DNA of 64,000 nt, from the NCBI GenBank assembly GCA_004022145.1, contig RCNU01000005.1; one strand, 5' to 3'. A program made the translations under genes and the position numbers. The stretch's first letter is position 1, and every line of letters starts with the position of its first letter. Shown in pieces: positions 36,358 through 49,859 of this stretch. Below the pieces are notes generated by a model. The model saw nothing but the letters and a program-made list of their open reading frames with translations. It made no database searches and was not told the origin of the DNA. The stretch is from Paecilomyces variotii. Lineage: Eukaryota.

Positions 36358-38843
36358 TTCAAATCGGTTGGGAAATTCATTGTAACGGCGTACTGTGGGT
36401 GGGTTTTGCGATAGCAATGGAAACAAGGACACGGTCAGGTCACCGGGTATTGGTCTAGCCTAATCATTGGCAGGTTTATCTCACTGTTCGGGATACTGCA
36501 TCCAATATTATTATTATTACGTGCATTCCAGAGGTTCTCTAATGCTTCTGATATTTCTATTTCGCGTTTTTCTACACTTTTGACGCAAAGGACAAAAAGG
36601 ACTTCCATTTCTGCGTAACCTGGGAGCCATCCAGATATCTCTCTCGCTATGCATGTAATACTGAAGGAAGAGAGACCACTGCCTAGAGTAGAGGTACACC
36701 TATCTATACAACCGAGTAGAATGGAGTCTGAAATGACCCAGTGAAGATGACCGAGAGATCAAACGACCCACTCTCTTCGGTATCTGTTCCATTTTGGAAC
36801 TCACCTATAACTGACGCGCGGTTGAGTGATTCTTGTCTGGGTTACCCACCATAGAAGCTATCAAATATCCCTCCTTATGTCCAAGAAGATTCTAAGACAC
36901 ATAATAATATAAAAAATAAGCGATAGCAGTTAACTTTCTGTTATACTGAACAGTAAACTATACTCCTTTGATTAATATCCAAGTCAATTCCTACAGACTC
37001 AACTCCGCTCATCCAATCCCATATCCTATCTATATCTAATCCAGCAAGTACTGGAAATTTGTTTACACACCATCAATCGAAAACACATCCACGTTCACGT
37101 TCACATCACGTCCCATACCACGCATAAGAACATCCAGTTCGACGAGAGGAAACCTTATCCCCGAGTCCGCTGGGAGTCTTAGGCATATATCTACCTAGGT
37201 ACCTATCTGATGGTAGTGCTAAGTAGCACGTTTTCAACCGCGCGGTATAGAACCAATGGACAGGGTTCAGGAACGGTCGAAGACTATGTAGGAGGTAGTC
37301 GTTCCTATGTTTGGGGATTCGGTGCTCGCTAGTTACTAGTTAGGTACCTAGTTACCTACTGGATAGCGGAGTGAGGTAAGGACTGGATAACAGTGGATGT
37401 AAGTTATCAAGTAGATAGTAGCAGCATTGAAGGCGCAGTCTATCAGATATCCAGAAACTAGGGTAGGTAATTGAACCTTGTCAATTATGTTTCGTATGGT
37501 ATATAGAGTAGTCAGCCTGGATATGTGTTCGATCTCTGGATCACAAAAATCACCGTAAGTTTCTCAGACCTAACTAAGTAGATTTGGAAGAAATGCGCCA
37601 TACCTATCACTAGCCATCTAATCTAATCTTAAAAATCCCCACCACTCGGTCCCTTGAATTTAAAGCAGAAGCTATTCTCCTTTCATAATGGTATGTACAT
37701 AACTAACTATATTATTACCCCGCTAATGGTGAGATCAGATGGTAGTAGTACTCTCAGCTAACTAGATGGGGATCGATAGGGTTCTTGATATTTTGTTTTG
37801 TTTTTTTCATCCATTCTCGGATCATGAAACACGCCACTCGCTCAATTTATTCTGCGGAGAAGACGGAGTAGAGGGGAAAAGTAAATGAATGGCTATGCGA
37901 GTCAACTCTTTCGATGATCCCAAAAATAACCTCAAGATAACACGTATGTAGTTACCACAATGTACATTTTTCAGACGCATGGCTCGCTCGATTGATTGGT
38001 AATGATAGAAATAACTAGTTAACTACAGGTCACATAGACTAAGTAGTAAGCCGAGTGTTTGTTCCAGGCACCAATGATTGACGGATCAAGTTACACGGAT
38101 ACGTAGCCCTGAAGCCGGGCGCATACCTGGCTGGTGGTTGTACATGCATATAAATAGCCGTACATAGTACCTTAGTACCAGACTCTACTAACAATAGATT
38201 ATCTCCCAATTGGCTAATCTAATCTGATGGCTAATGCTCGTCATCGGATAATATTACTATCTCCGTCTATGCATGATTTAGTTAGCATTATGGTATGGTA
38301 TAGTCTCCCTATCACGCCATGTGATACGTTGACCAATCCGTATTTTTTTTCTTTTTTTGCCCGTGTTTTCTAGAAGTGCATTGGAAGGTTGTGATGTATC
38401 TAATCTGGTTATCTAGTGAATCTGGCGCGGAGATATTAGAGTAGATCTCCGTTAATATCCTTTAGAGTTTCGGTGTTGGTTCTCGATTGATATGTTTCCC
38501 CTTTATGGTACATACATGTAATCGTTTAGATTCGGGTGGGATCAATCTCCGATGTGAGAGATCGAAAAGCCTCATTTAGTCTACCACTGATACTTAGTAG
38601 GCAAAGGCATTGCGTTCCCTGGGCTGTAGTACAGATTTGGTCTATATTTTTAAGTATTACTGTCTGCGCTCTGCAGGGTGTTATTAGTAGTTAGATAAAT
38701 AGAGTAGTATAATTATAATGCGGGAATAAGGGAATCAGGGAGTATACTGGGATAGAAGATGATGTCAGTACTTTTATCCAAATTACCTATTCCGTTAGAA
38801 AATACAAAAGCGAACTGAGTATACATAAGTAAAAGGTTCACGA

Positions 38844-39778
38844 TCAAGAGAATCTCTTAATCATCGCCTCCACATCCTCTCCTTCCACCGCATCAATCTT
38901 CTCCCTCACCACCCTCTCAATCGCCTCATCAACAGGTTCATCCCCCTCCATCAAGTCAATCCACCCCTCCGTATCCGCCCTCGCCAACAACCTATCCGCT
39001 ACAATAGCGACATCCTCCCTCGACACCGTCCCCACGGCCTTCGTATGGCCCAATTGCACTTTCCCCGTCGCCTTGTTATCGTCCAATAGGCCCGGGCGCA
39101 GGTTAATCGCCTGGAAGTGTCCCCCTTCCTGCTTCCGCTTCGCTGCTAGGGCAGTGAAGTATTCGTCGGCTTCGAGCTTGGCTCGCGCGTAGGTCGGAAG
39201 GGCCTGCGTGTCGAGGTGGACGATGTGCGCCCAGTCTTCGTCGGACATCCAGCGGGCTTTGTTCCGGCGGCTGCCGAGGTGAGAGATGAGGAGGAATTTG
39301 GTCACGCTTGGGTAGGAGAATGAGGCGTTGATGAAGTGTTTTGCGGCGTCTTGGTCGATGGCGTATGTTCGTTCCGGACCGCCTTTTCCGCCGGCTCCTG
39401 TGGAAAAGAATGCATTAGTAACATTATTATTGAAATTATGACAAAGTGTCAAACAAAAGAAAAGAGAAGAGAAAATGCATGCAGATAAAGTATAGTAGAC
39501 ATACCAGCTGACCAAACGACATAATCCGGCTTAACCGTATCCAAGATCTTCTTCGCATCCGCGGGCTGCTTGACTTCTTCTAGACTGGACAACAACACCT
39601 CCACTTTCCCCTTCTGTCCTTTTCCCAGATTGAGAATCTCAGGCTCATGTTCTGGATTGCGAACCACACTCGTCACGTTCCAGTTGCGCGCCAGGAGGAG
39701 CGGGGTTAAGAGCATAGCGACCTTGCCATGACCTCCTAGGAGCAGGACATGGGGTGAGATACGCGGGACGGCTGCCAT
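38844..39778 (-). CDS. NAD(P)-binding Rossmann-fold protein (atypical SDR, YMR090W-like), 2 exons
   Basis: Exons 39778-39505 and 39397-38844. LLGGHGKVA, VVWSA|GAGGKGGPERTYAID, YARAKLEAD, LRPGLL, VSREDVA. Confidence 0.85.
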
Positions 39779-40310
39779 TATCGGTGAGGGATGAGACTGT
39801 AAGTATAGCCAGTGAGTATAGTGTAGAGTATCTTCTTGAGCAGTTATGAGTTCTTTTCTTTTTGTTGATTTATGCTCTGAATTAATATTACACAGCCGGA
39901 GTTACACTTCGGAGACTTATCGTGATAGTTAATCGTTGATTACTGAGCCAGAGCTACGAAGGCGGGGAAGTATGTAACCGGGATGGCGTCATGATGTGCT
40001 TACGATAGCCGGAGCTTTAGTTAATTAACTACCGGAAAAAGAATCCATCCCACAAAAGAAGACCTGGGGGATACTGTTTGATATTCGACTTGGAGGATCT
40101 TCAAGGATGTATGCGTTGATTGCTAGACAATGCTTTTCTTTTTCTTTTGTCATACACTTTGGCATGTAATTGACAACAAAGTTTAGACAAGAATGGCAAG
40201 AACAAAAAAGGTATATACATAAAAAAGAACAATAACCCACGAGTTAATATCCACAACCATATAAACAGCCAAGTAACATACACTAGAGTATGTACTTTCC
40301 CATCTCATCC

Positions 40311-41611
40311 TCAACAAGAAGCTCCATCCGGAACATTCTCACACGCATCACTTTCTTTTCCGCCCGTGATATCGACACCCTCCCAAGTCCAATCCTCGCA
40401 GCTTCCATCGCCGCAGAGGATATAGATCGGAGTAGCGTCGTCCGCCACGGAGCCCGTCACGCCATCGATGGTGAGATCGGTGATCGAGATCCCGTTCGTC
40501 GGTTCGCCTGTAGGGCTCCCGTTCTCGTAGTCCTGTTCGATGACGATTCCATAATCGGTGATGTTGGACAGCTTGATGTTGGAGTACGTGACCTGCGAGA
40601 CGGAGCCGGTGGCACCGTAGACGGTTTTAATGCGAACGCCATTTTGGGAGTTGGAGATGCTGGAGTCTTGGATAGTTACGTTCTTGACGGTGTTATCGTC
40701 GCGGCCGCCTACAGAGCCGATGGAGAGACCGTGGCCGCCGGAACAAGTGCCGTTGGAGAAGAGGATGTTCTGAATAAGATAATATCAGCGTCTGCACCAA
40801 TACCTATTTAAGTACTTGTTTGGTAAACAAGATATAACATACCTCCCCCGAATTAACAGCCAGACAATCATCCTGATTCCTCACAACCGCATTTACAATC
40901 TCGACCCCCGTACTCTCCCCAACATCGAACGCATCGGTATTATGTCCACCCTGCGTATCGCCATCCGAATTATCGATCGTGACATCTCTCAAGACCAACC
41001 CATCCGACTGGATACTAAACACATGAACAGGGGAGTTCTTGATCGTGATGCCGCTGATACTCGACGAGTCGAGGTGATGCGCGTAGAAGAACTTGGGCTT
41101 CGTCACGCCGCCGTTACTGCCCTTGCCGTCCCACCAGCGGGATCCGTTGCCGTTTAGGATAGAAGAGGGTTCACCAGAGACGGCGATATTTGTGCCGGAG
41201 ATGGAGATTAGAGGGCCGGACCATTCGGCGTATCCGAAGGTGGTTTCGCCGGAGAAAATGACCTGGCGTAAAGTTTTGTATTAGTTTGTTACTTTTATTC
41301 CCTTGTGTACTGGATGTAGATGCTGTATTTCGTATTTTGTTACGGAAATTAAGTTAGTTAGTGACTAGATAGATAGATACCTTAGTCCCATCATTCAGAT
41401 CCGTCAAGTCGAGAGTCTTCCCCGCAGGGACTTCGATATCCTTCAGTGTAATCGTCGAACAAGACGCCTTGTTCTCCGTGGCAGCAGCAGCATCAGTGAA
41501 TGTGCAGCTACTAGCTCTCCTATCGACTCGAGTCGGAGCCGGGCTAGCAGAAACGACAGCGGCCCCAGCAGTAGCCAGGCAGAGCCAAGAAGCGAGGGAA
41601 TAATAATGCAT
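40311..41611 (-). CDS. Secreted endopolygalacturonase (GH28), 3 exons
   Basis: Exons 41611-41381, 41262-40843, 40769-40311. Signal peptide, RR propeptide site, [37 protein letters not shown], terminal [10 protein letters not shown]. Confidence 0.95.
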
Positions 41612-44600
41612 GGCTCTCAAACGAATCACACTCAAGGAAGGAATCAATCAATAGACGCAGACAAGACCAAAGGGTAGAAAGAGAGACGTATTATGTCGCA
41701 GAAAGATTGTGTTTCTTGAAGATCGTCGTGGTACGGTACCTTGCATACTATACTCCCGAGTACCATAGATGGATCGCGTTTACGTTTTATAGATTTTATA
41801 GATCGTCATATAGGCCAAGAATACTGCTAGTTTAACTCACAAGCCAGCTGAACGGGCCAGTTACCGGTGTGTTCTATCCTTTCATGATGAGGGGGTTCGG
41901 TGGGACTCCGATATTAAAAGACCGCATCCCCCTGTATACTTTGAATCCACCATTTGAATCTCAAACATCGTCTGGACGGACCATGTACTTGATTAGGTTC
42001 AGGTCTACGATCTTTGCAGGGCTGCTGAAAGATGTGAAAACGTGGCCACGGTCCGAGCTTTCTCCTGGTTAGCAAGTAAGTATTGTTTCAGGTCTTGAAC
42101 GGCCTTGCTTTAAGTAAGTACTGCCGCCAAGGATCGGTGACAGCCGTTTGAATATGCCGTGAGTGGTGGAATGAAAACTCTAGATTGCTCCGTTGAGATG
42201 TTAGGTCGGAATAAACGCGGATAATAATAAACCGCCGTCGACTAGTTTCTGCTGGAAAGCAGGGGAGAAAGCTTCCTGCGGGGTTGTTTCTGACTTGCTG
42301 TTTCGCGATTGTCACTAATGTGTGATTCGATCCACCAGGTGAACAGAACAGGTAGTTTCTACTGCGTACTTGAGGTGTTGGCTCGTTGTCGTAAGGTCAG
42401 AATATGGTAGAGGTAAGGGAAACAAACAAAAAGTTTCAACGCCATCAAGGTTGGGTTTGTGAACAGCGGTTGGACCTACGAGTGGTCTGAGACTCAGACA
42501 ATATCTACAAAGAGTTCAGCCCGTCCGTCTCCACCAACGGGTCATTATTGTGGACGAACCACGGAGACGATCGAATCGACCCCAGGCTGAGAACGAAAGT
42601 TCTCAAGAGAAAAGTCGAGCCTCTCCATCTGGGCCCTCTGGGAAGTCCATGTTGGCGGTTTGGTTGATTATTTAGATCGTTTACGTCCGTAATGAGTTCT
42701 CGCGCACCCTTCCCGTTCCGGAGTCTATAGTTAACTCCCGATGCTATTGATGGATAATAATTACTTACATTATGATAACTAAGAGTAAGGAGTAACTGGT
42801 TAAGGCGATCGTCGATTGCTCGTCAGGCCGAATGGTGACACCAAAAGGGCAGCGGGCAAAAAGACTTTCTTAAGCTCTGGCGGATATCACAGCTGTCTAG
42901 GGACGGAAAGACAGAATATGGTATAACTAACTAGATATCGCTTGCAAGGCCATGTTTCGAACGGCTGGCCTGCGCCTTGCATTGCGTCGGCGATCGCTTT
43001 GAAAGTGTCCGATCTATCAAGATCTGCCTTAGCAGCAGGGATTCACCATGTGCAGAACGCAACCAACGGTGGTGAACGGACCTGTTGGACATACTTTGGC
43101 CAAGCCAATAACGCAACTTGTTGATCTTGTTTTCTCAGGAATTAAACACAGACATCGTCACGAGTACGAATCCGCAGAGAAGCCAGTAGTCTTGCTGAGA
43201 GGACGAAATTCCTGTTTTCCATGTGTCACCTCTAGGCTCTCAGGAATTACAGTCCGTAGACGCTCGGGAGAACCGGCAATGAAGGAGAGGATCGACGATC
43301 AACATCCAAGGCCGGGCCAGATTTCCGTTGGCTCTTGCGCGAACTATTGAAGGCGCATAAGGTTGTGAGGTCATCTGGATCCAGGCAGGCCTTGTAGCGA
43401 ATTGCAATGCGAACCTGCAATGACCGTTAAGAATGGCTTCGATCATGTCGTGATGTCCGGTATGTCCAAAGAAGCGCGTCTACATTCTCATTCTCCTTTG
43501 CGCTCAGACGTCCAGAGAGAGAGAGAGTGTGTGTGTGAGGGGAATCTCCCGGCCGCCGTCACACTGCTGCATTCCTTTGTCACACTCTACGAGGATAGAC
43601 TGTTTGACGGCTCTCACCTACGTTCTTGCACTGCCGGCACTCTTTGGGGGAGAAGAATCTAGACCGTAGTCGGCGAGAAGAGTTTTTTCTCTCTTGACGA
43701 TCAATTTGCAAACTGTGGGTTCGCACACGGAGCCTGAAGAAATTAGTTAGAAAAGAATAATAATAAACTTCAGAGAGATTAGATCTTAAACTCCGGTCAA
43801 GGCACAGGCCGAAGGGATTTCATTATTTGCTGTGGGCGAGATGAAACAGTTGGGCCTTGCCAGGGACGAGAATCCTTCTCCACACGGGAAGCGGAAGAGG
43901 CCTAGTCGAGCCTGTTGTTCTGGTTGTTGGTTTATGGTATTGGCACATCCAGCTGAAGTTGGAATAATGACTGCAAGTGGACATTATTTCCTGTATTCTA
44001 ATCGAACCTCTCTTTCTCCTGATAATAATAATGATAATGATGATAATCACTAATCCAATGAAGATAATCGTAACGCATCCCTATAAGATCGAACCTGCCT
44101 CATTGGGCGACATTAAATATTATTATTGCACTAGACAGTTAACTAGTTATTCCTCTTCGGGCTTAGTCAGGGGCACGGATAGAACCCCCACTCTTTCCTT
44201 ATTATTATTATTATTTTCTTTCTTTTCGTTCATTTTCACGCCCAAACGGCTCTCTCTCCGGCGTCAAGTCAAGCCTTCAGGTCAAGCCTTCAGCGGCCAC
44301 CACAGTTTCAGAGACAAGAGGCGCCAGTCGGACTTGGCGATTGGGCGTCTATATGGTACGGATCCAGATAACCATACATACATGCCGCCCTTCTCAGATA
44401 AAATGACGGCGCCATTGGTTACGCCATGACTCCGACAGCCAAGGGGCATTCTTCTCGCGCTAAGATTGGGCATTATTATGCAGCGGACAAGACAACTGCC
44501 AAACGCCGGGCGAGATCTGTCAGTCAGAATAAGAGCAAGAGCAAGCATGCTGCCCGGTACATACAGTAGTAGTGCATAATTCCGGACGCCTGTCTATAGA

Positions 44601-46340
44601 CCTCGCATTGTCACAATACAACCTGGTCCCCTGTGTGACCGGAAGCTATTCAAGCGATCTGAAGACGCCCCGCAGCATTGTTGTTTGATAAGCGAGGAGG
44701 GAAGGGGATTTCATTCTGATAGTCATAGTTGGTATGCAAGGGAGGTTGGCCAATGATCAATGATGTGGCAGCATAACGCCTGTCAATATCAATCTCCTGC
44801 CAATGACAGATCTCCATCCGCAAATTGATTGGTAGCATCAAATCACGATTCGATGTTACGCATCCTATTCGCGCGGTCGTGTTATTCTGCAATCGAGACT
44901 TGACTCTCCGTACTACCACTATACTCCGTCAACCCTCCGACACAGCTCACTGGCTGAGGCTGGGCTAGGCTATAGGGGGAATGCTGAGACGTAGCAAACG
45001 CATTTCTCGTCCAATATCCGGGGGCATTATTGAGAAGATGACGGTCAACGGAACTATGCGCACATCAGACCCAGGAGAGAGTGTTCATGATCGCAAAGGA
45101 GACACAGCAGAGGAGCAAACCTAAGTGATATTATTATTATTATTGCTTTGCGGCGACACTATGATACACTAGAGGAATACCATAATAGGATGCAGCAACC
45201 AAATAATCATCATGATGATGATTATTATTTATTATTTCTTTGCCAAACTCAGCCCCAGATTCGATCTCGGACCCACAACCCGACGGACAGTCGGAAACGA
45301 GAGCAAATTGAAGTCTTTCAATCCTCATGGCCACGCTAGATCCCCCGCCAGTGTTGACGCCGGCGCGGCGCTGAACCACCAGCTGGGATAGTCCCAGTAA
45401 GGGGCGTAGCCGGTCCCTGACCACTGGAGCCCCTAAACAATGTCCAAAATGGCGGCGGCCAGGTCCCGTCGTATAGACAAACGGCCTGTCAAGACTTGAT
45501 TTGTCTCGACCCGTCTCCTTGTCCCTTTGCGTTTCATTGATCGCCTGAACTCCCGCTGGGACAGCCGGTGCAATCCCAGTGCGCCCTAAGTCTCTGGCTG
45601 AAGACCGGGCCCCGAAGAATGGGAATTCGAACCAGTTTGCTGATCAAGCCCAGATCGCCATGCTCCTCCTAACTCTTTTTTATCCTGTTCGTCCCAGTTC
45701 AGTTCAGTTCTGGATGTGAGCTACGCTGCCTCCTTCTACCTCGTCGCCGTCCACGACCTTGGACACTGCCAACTGTGGTAGACCACCGCGTCTTCCTCTT
45801 GTCGCTCGTTTCGAAACATCGCCGTTGCATACAACGTATCTACAATCCTTCAGACTCTCCTTTTCTTTCATTCTGTCTTGATTCTACCGACCAGACCCAT
45901 TCACCAACCAACCAAACCAACCGAATTCCCTCCTTTTCCCAAAGAACGTCGCTACGCAGTGCGGAACCAACAAACGACATCCATCTAATTAAACAACCAA
46001 ACAGGACAATCCTTTGATAATCACGAGCTAGAACTGTGGCGGAGCAGTATCGAGGTCGCCAGTATCTGTCGCAACAGAAGGCGGAAGATTCAAGTGTGGA
46101 AGGTTATCGCAACTGTGGTAGTGCGCACGGAATGCATACTGTCCAATCCTGCCCGGACAATTAAGCAATTGGAGGTGTCGAAGATCGGGCGAAGCCTATT
46201 CATACTGTTCATTGTCCTTGCGGTTAATCTACCTACCGCTGTGGTTCGTTTGCCACCTATTTTACTGGGCCTCTGTGAGGATACTCATTAGTTCCCAGAC
46301 ATCAATCATACCCGGCATTGAAAACACCCAAGTTGCCAAA

Positions 46341-49300
46341 ATGAACCGATTTAGGAAGAGCAAGAAGGTGAAGGAGGTGCGACAGGAGCCCGAGAGTGTC
46401 CCCCCGGTCCCAGTTATTCCTATCCAGGCTATCCCGAAGCTGCCTAAGAAATCCAAGAAGGAGGAGCCACAGCCGGAGCCAGAGCCGGAATTTAACTTGG
46501 ATAATGCGCTTCCATCGACGGATGATTTCCGCACCAGTCTCATCATGCCAAAGTTGTCTGCGCGATTCAGTATGTTGAGGGAGCAGGACGATCCAACGTC
46601 CAAGATCGGCAAAGCAAATGACGACAGCGTCCTCTTCCCGAAGAGAGCTTCGAGGCTCAATCTCTTTGGCCATAACCCCATCGGCCCGGGTCTCCTGGCA
46701 GACATTGCGGAAGTGTCATCAATAAGGCCTTCACTCGACTCCGGTCGAGCAGGTTCATTTGCGGAAAGCCGTGATGATGAAACAGATTTCACAAAGCCTC
46801 CCACTGGTAGTGTAATGTCGAGAGCCAGACCAGGAGAAGGAAACAACCTCTTTGGTGGCCGACAGAAGGTGTACAAGATCCCAGTCAAATCAACCGAGTC
46901 GGGAGGCTCAGGGGGTCTGAAGGGAAGGACACTCTATGATGACGACGTGACCCTCTCTACTTTCCAGCGACTGCGGCTTGAAGAAAAGGAGAATCGACTT
47001 GCGGAAACAATGGACTGCCTACAAGGTCCAACAGCAGCTGATCATTCGGAACTTTCTTCCATAAAGAGAACCACGACCTCTTCGACCGCTTCCGGGCCGT
47101 CAAATGCTCGAACCTCTACGGCTGCAACTTCTATTGACGAAGAGCCGTCTACCGTTTCTACTGAGCCTAGCCAGACGGCTTCCAATCCTGGACCGACAGT
47201 CCCAGAACGCCCCAAACCACGTCGTCTCTACGGACAGGGTCTTGAGCAACCCCAGAACAAGAAATCACCCGCCTTCGCTGCTATCAGCAAGTTTGAGTCT
47301 CTCAGCCGACAGCGAACAGGGAACCTCGAAACGCCCCCTTTGAACCGGCACTTCTCACGAAGTGCTCACAATCTGCGTGACAGATTGCAGACATCATCCC
47401 CCGTTAATGCAGCTAGTGGGCATGAGAATACCCCGCCGCCTTCTGCTACTTCTCCACATCCTCAGAACAACAAAGAACTTGGATTTGAACCTAATTCAGC
47501 TCCTTCCCCTACTGGGTATGGTGTCATTCCTCCATTGAGCCCACCTGTGAGCGAAAATGAAATTCTGGCTGCTGCAATGCAGCCGGAAGACAAAGGCAAA
47601 GCAACCGCAATGGGCTTGTTCAACAAGCCCAATTCACAGTACGACGAACAGCAGTTTACTCGCCGTCAGCTGCAAATGCATGAAGGACGCAACACGCCGG
47701 AATTGAGGCAGCAGTCTCCACGCCGTGGAGCCCCAGTCCCTGATAATGGGCGTGGAAGACGACTATCGAATGGGAGCAAGCGTTCGAAGACGGAATCAGT
47801 GTCCTCTCATTACAGTGTCCGTCGCACTAGCAGTAACTCCCCAGGGCCAAATGCGAGAGAAGCAGGCCCCAACGGATCGTCCGGTGCGACTTTCTTTGCA
47901 AACTCCAGCGGAAGCGAATCGGAAGGTGAGGGGGAGGAAGATAGAGGGCCCTCAAGAAAGCCATCTTCTCAAGCATTGGACGACATACACCCCGCCTTGC
48001 GGCCTCGCAACACTGAATTAGCCGAAGACGATGCAGAGGCTGCTGTTCAAGAACCTAGCGTTATCTTGCCAGAGGTGAGATTCTCCGATCTTCGTGATCT
48101 GAATTCCCTTACGGAAATCAGCGAGCCAGACGCGGGAGCTCCAGCTATTGTCGAAGAGGAGTCGTCTGAGAAAGCACTCGATTCCCCGACCCTTGGACCA
48201 TCAGGCCTCGGATTGAGTGGATTGATTAGAACCCACTTGCGACATGACAGTGATAAATCATCGATATATCCTTTTCCACAGTCGCCTGGGCTCCCTTCAA
48301 CTGACGCTGCAAGATATCGCGAATCCATTATCGATCCTGCAGTTGACAACTTCCGTCTGTCCTATGCGACATACACCGATTGCATCCAGGAAGATGACTG
48401 GATGGATACGAGTTACAATGCGGTGCAGAGTACTTTTGATAAGATCTCAGAGCCCACTCCGAATGACAGCATGTCAAGCATGTCGTTGAGGGCAAAGCAG
48501 ATGCTCGAACAGGCCACTGCACTGGGAGCCCGGGACGGTGATGATTTCCAGACGCGGGAGAGTAGTGAGCAGGATGAACTCAAGTCGAACCAGAGGCGGC
48601 GCGGCAGTGTTGAGACAGAAAGGGAACGCGAGGAATTTGCTAACGAACTCGCTGAAAGACGAAGAAAAGTGCAGGAGAAGCTGCGAGATTTTGCCGAAAA
48701 CGAAAGCAGATCAAGCAGTCCTGCGCCTGGTCGTTCGACTCCTGATTTGAAAGGAAACGCTTTCGCCGCGTTGAAGAATAAGTCCAGCAAGAAAGCCGAC
48801 TCTGCTCACTCGAAGATCTTCGGGAATCGTTCCAGGGCCACATCGGTTTCTTCTGTCGTCTCAGATATGGAAAATGATGACCAGTCGCCCTATGCGCTCG
48901 GTAGGCATTCCAATAGCAGTACCGGGAAGAATATTTGGCAAAAGGCTCGTGCGCTGGGTCGTTCCAGTCGCGAGGAATCTCGAGACTCGAGCCCCCGTCG
49001 AGGCCCTTCGCCATCTTCTCGTCCCGAGTCCGATATGTCAGGCCGATCCAAGATTAGCTTGAGGGCCAGAGATGACTTAGACAAGGTGGACGAATACTTT
49101 GTTAGCCAGCACACGAGCCGTTCATCTGGCGAGACTTCTGGTAACCGTACATCGGATTCCGTGACAGCATCCACCCGTCCGTCTGTGGAGGCGGGCGAAC
49201 AAAACCCCTATGAACGATCCGCATCCGTTGCATCGGGAAACTACAGTGGTGGTCGACCAGGTCAATTAGAGGTCAACTCCGCAGGAGAGCCTCCTGAGTT

Positions 49301-49859
49301 GGGTCTCTCTCCTCGGCCCTCCCCAGCCGCCCCCTATTCAGCCAATACCACACCTCCGCTATATGAGATGTCATCCGACAGCTCTGCTGCCTCCACGCCT
49401 GCATCTTTCCAATCTGGTTCGAATGTCATTTCACAACGGGCGGCTGGAAGCTCCGGTCTCCAAAAACGGATGGTCAACAAGATGCAGATCTCTGAGCCCA
49501 CTCTCGTTTCTTCTACATACAGGGTCCCCACCGTCAATTTACCGCCAGGAGCGAGTCTGACTAACGGAATGGAGACACCTCCTGTTCCCCCGATGAACCC
49601 TCGCCGGCGCCGCCAGACTGCTACGCAGACCATCCTGGGAGCTCTCAAGGGTGACAAGAACGAGCAGCCTCCCGTTCCGCCCAACAGCCACGCAGAGGAG
49701 CGGAGTACATTCTCTGACGAGGGCGAGCGATTTCCCAAAGCGCTGAATCGACTTAGGAATATCTCCAGCGAAGGTTCGAGTCTTCACGGCAAGGCTCGCA
49801 AGGACTCCGTCATACCCCAGCAATCCCCTAGCACCTCGCGACCCAGCAGAATGTTTTAA
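46341..49859 (+). CDS. Large Ser/Pro-rich, mostly disordered hypothetical protein, 1172 aa
   Basis: 3.5-kb uninterrupted ORF. ATG 46341 in strong context (GCCAAAATG). Motif-like islands LPSTDDFRTSLIMP, GEGNNLFGGRQKVY, DKGKATAMGLFNKP, LSGLIRTHLR, ISEPTLVSST. Confidence 0.8.
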   Translation: MNRFRKSKKVKEVRQEPESVPPVPVIPIQAIPKLPKKSKKEEPQPEPEPEFNLDNALPSTDDFRTSLIMPKLSARFSMLREQDDPTSKIGKANDDSVLFPKRASRLNLFGHNPIGPGLLADIAEVSSIRPSLDSGRAGSFAESRDDETDFTKPPTGSVMSRARPGEGNNLFGGRQKVYKIPVKSTESGGSGGLKGRTLYDDDVTLSTFQRLRLEEKENRLAETMDCLQGPTAADHSELSSIKRTTTSSTASGPSNARTSTAATSIDEEPSTVSTEPSQTASNPGPTVPERPKPRRLYGQGLEQPQNKKSPAFAAISKFESLSRQRTGNLETPPLNRHFSRSAHNLRDRLQTSSPVNAASGHENTPPPSATSPHPQNNKELGFEPNSAPSPTGYGVIPPLSPPVSENEILAAAMQPEDKGKATAMGLFNKPNSQYDEQQFTRRQLQMHEGRNTPELRQQSPRRGAPVPDNGRGRRLSNGSKRSKTESVSSHYSVRRTSSNSPGPNAREAGPNGSSGATFFANSSGSESEGEGEEDRGPSRKPSSQALDDIHPALRPRNTELAEDDAEAAVQEPSVILPEVRFSDLRDLNSLTEISEPDAGAPAIVEEESSEKALDSPTLGPSGLGLSGLIRTHLRHDSDKSSIYPFPQSPGLPSTDAARYRESIIDPAVDNFRLSYATYTDCIQEDDWMDTSYNAVQSTFDKISEPTPNDSMSSMSLRAKQMLEQATALGARDGDDFQTRESSEQDELKSNQRRRGSVETEREREEFANELAERRRKVQEKLRDFAENESRSSSPAPGRSTPDLKGNAFAALKNKSSKKADSAHSKIFGNRSRATSVSSVVSDMENDDQSPYALGRHSNSSTGKNIWQKARALGRSSREESRDSSPRRGPSPSSRPESDMSGRSKISLRARDDLDKVDEYFVSQHTSRSSGETSGNRTSDSVTASTRPSVEAGEQNPYERSASVASGNYSGGRPGQLEVNSAGEPPELGLSPRPSPAAPYSANTTPPLYEMSSDSSAASTPASFQSGSNVISQRAAGSSGLQKRMVNKMQISEPTLVSSTYRVPTVNLPPGASLTNGMETPPVPPMNPRRRRQTATQTILGALKGDKNEQPPVPPNSHAEERSTFSDEGERFPKALNRLRNISSEGSSLHGKARKDSVIPQQSPSTSRPSRMF

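Noticed and set aside
45621-45633. B-box-like GGTTCGAATTCCC on the minus strand (possible tRNA)
   Set aside because: Flanks do not form a T-stem or cloverleaf, and no A-box or acceptor stem was found.
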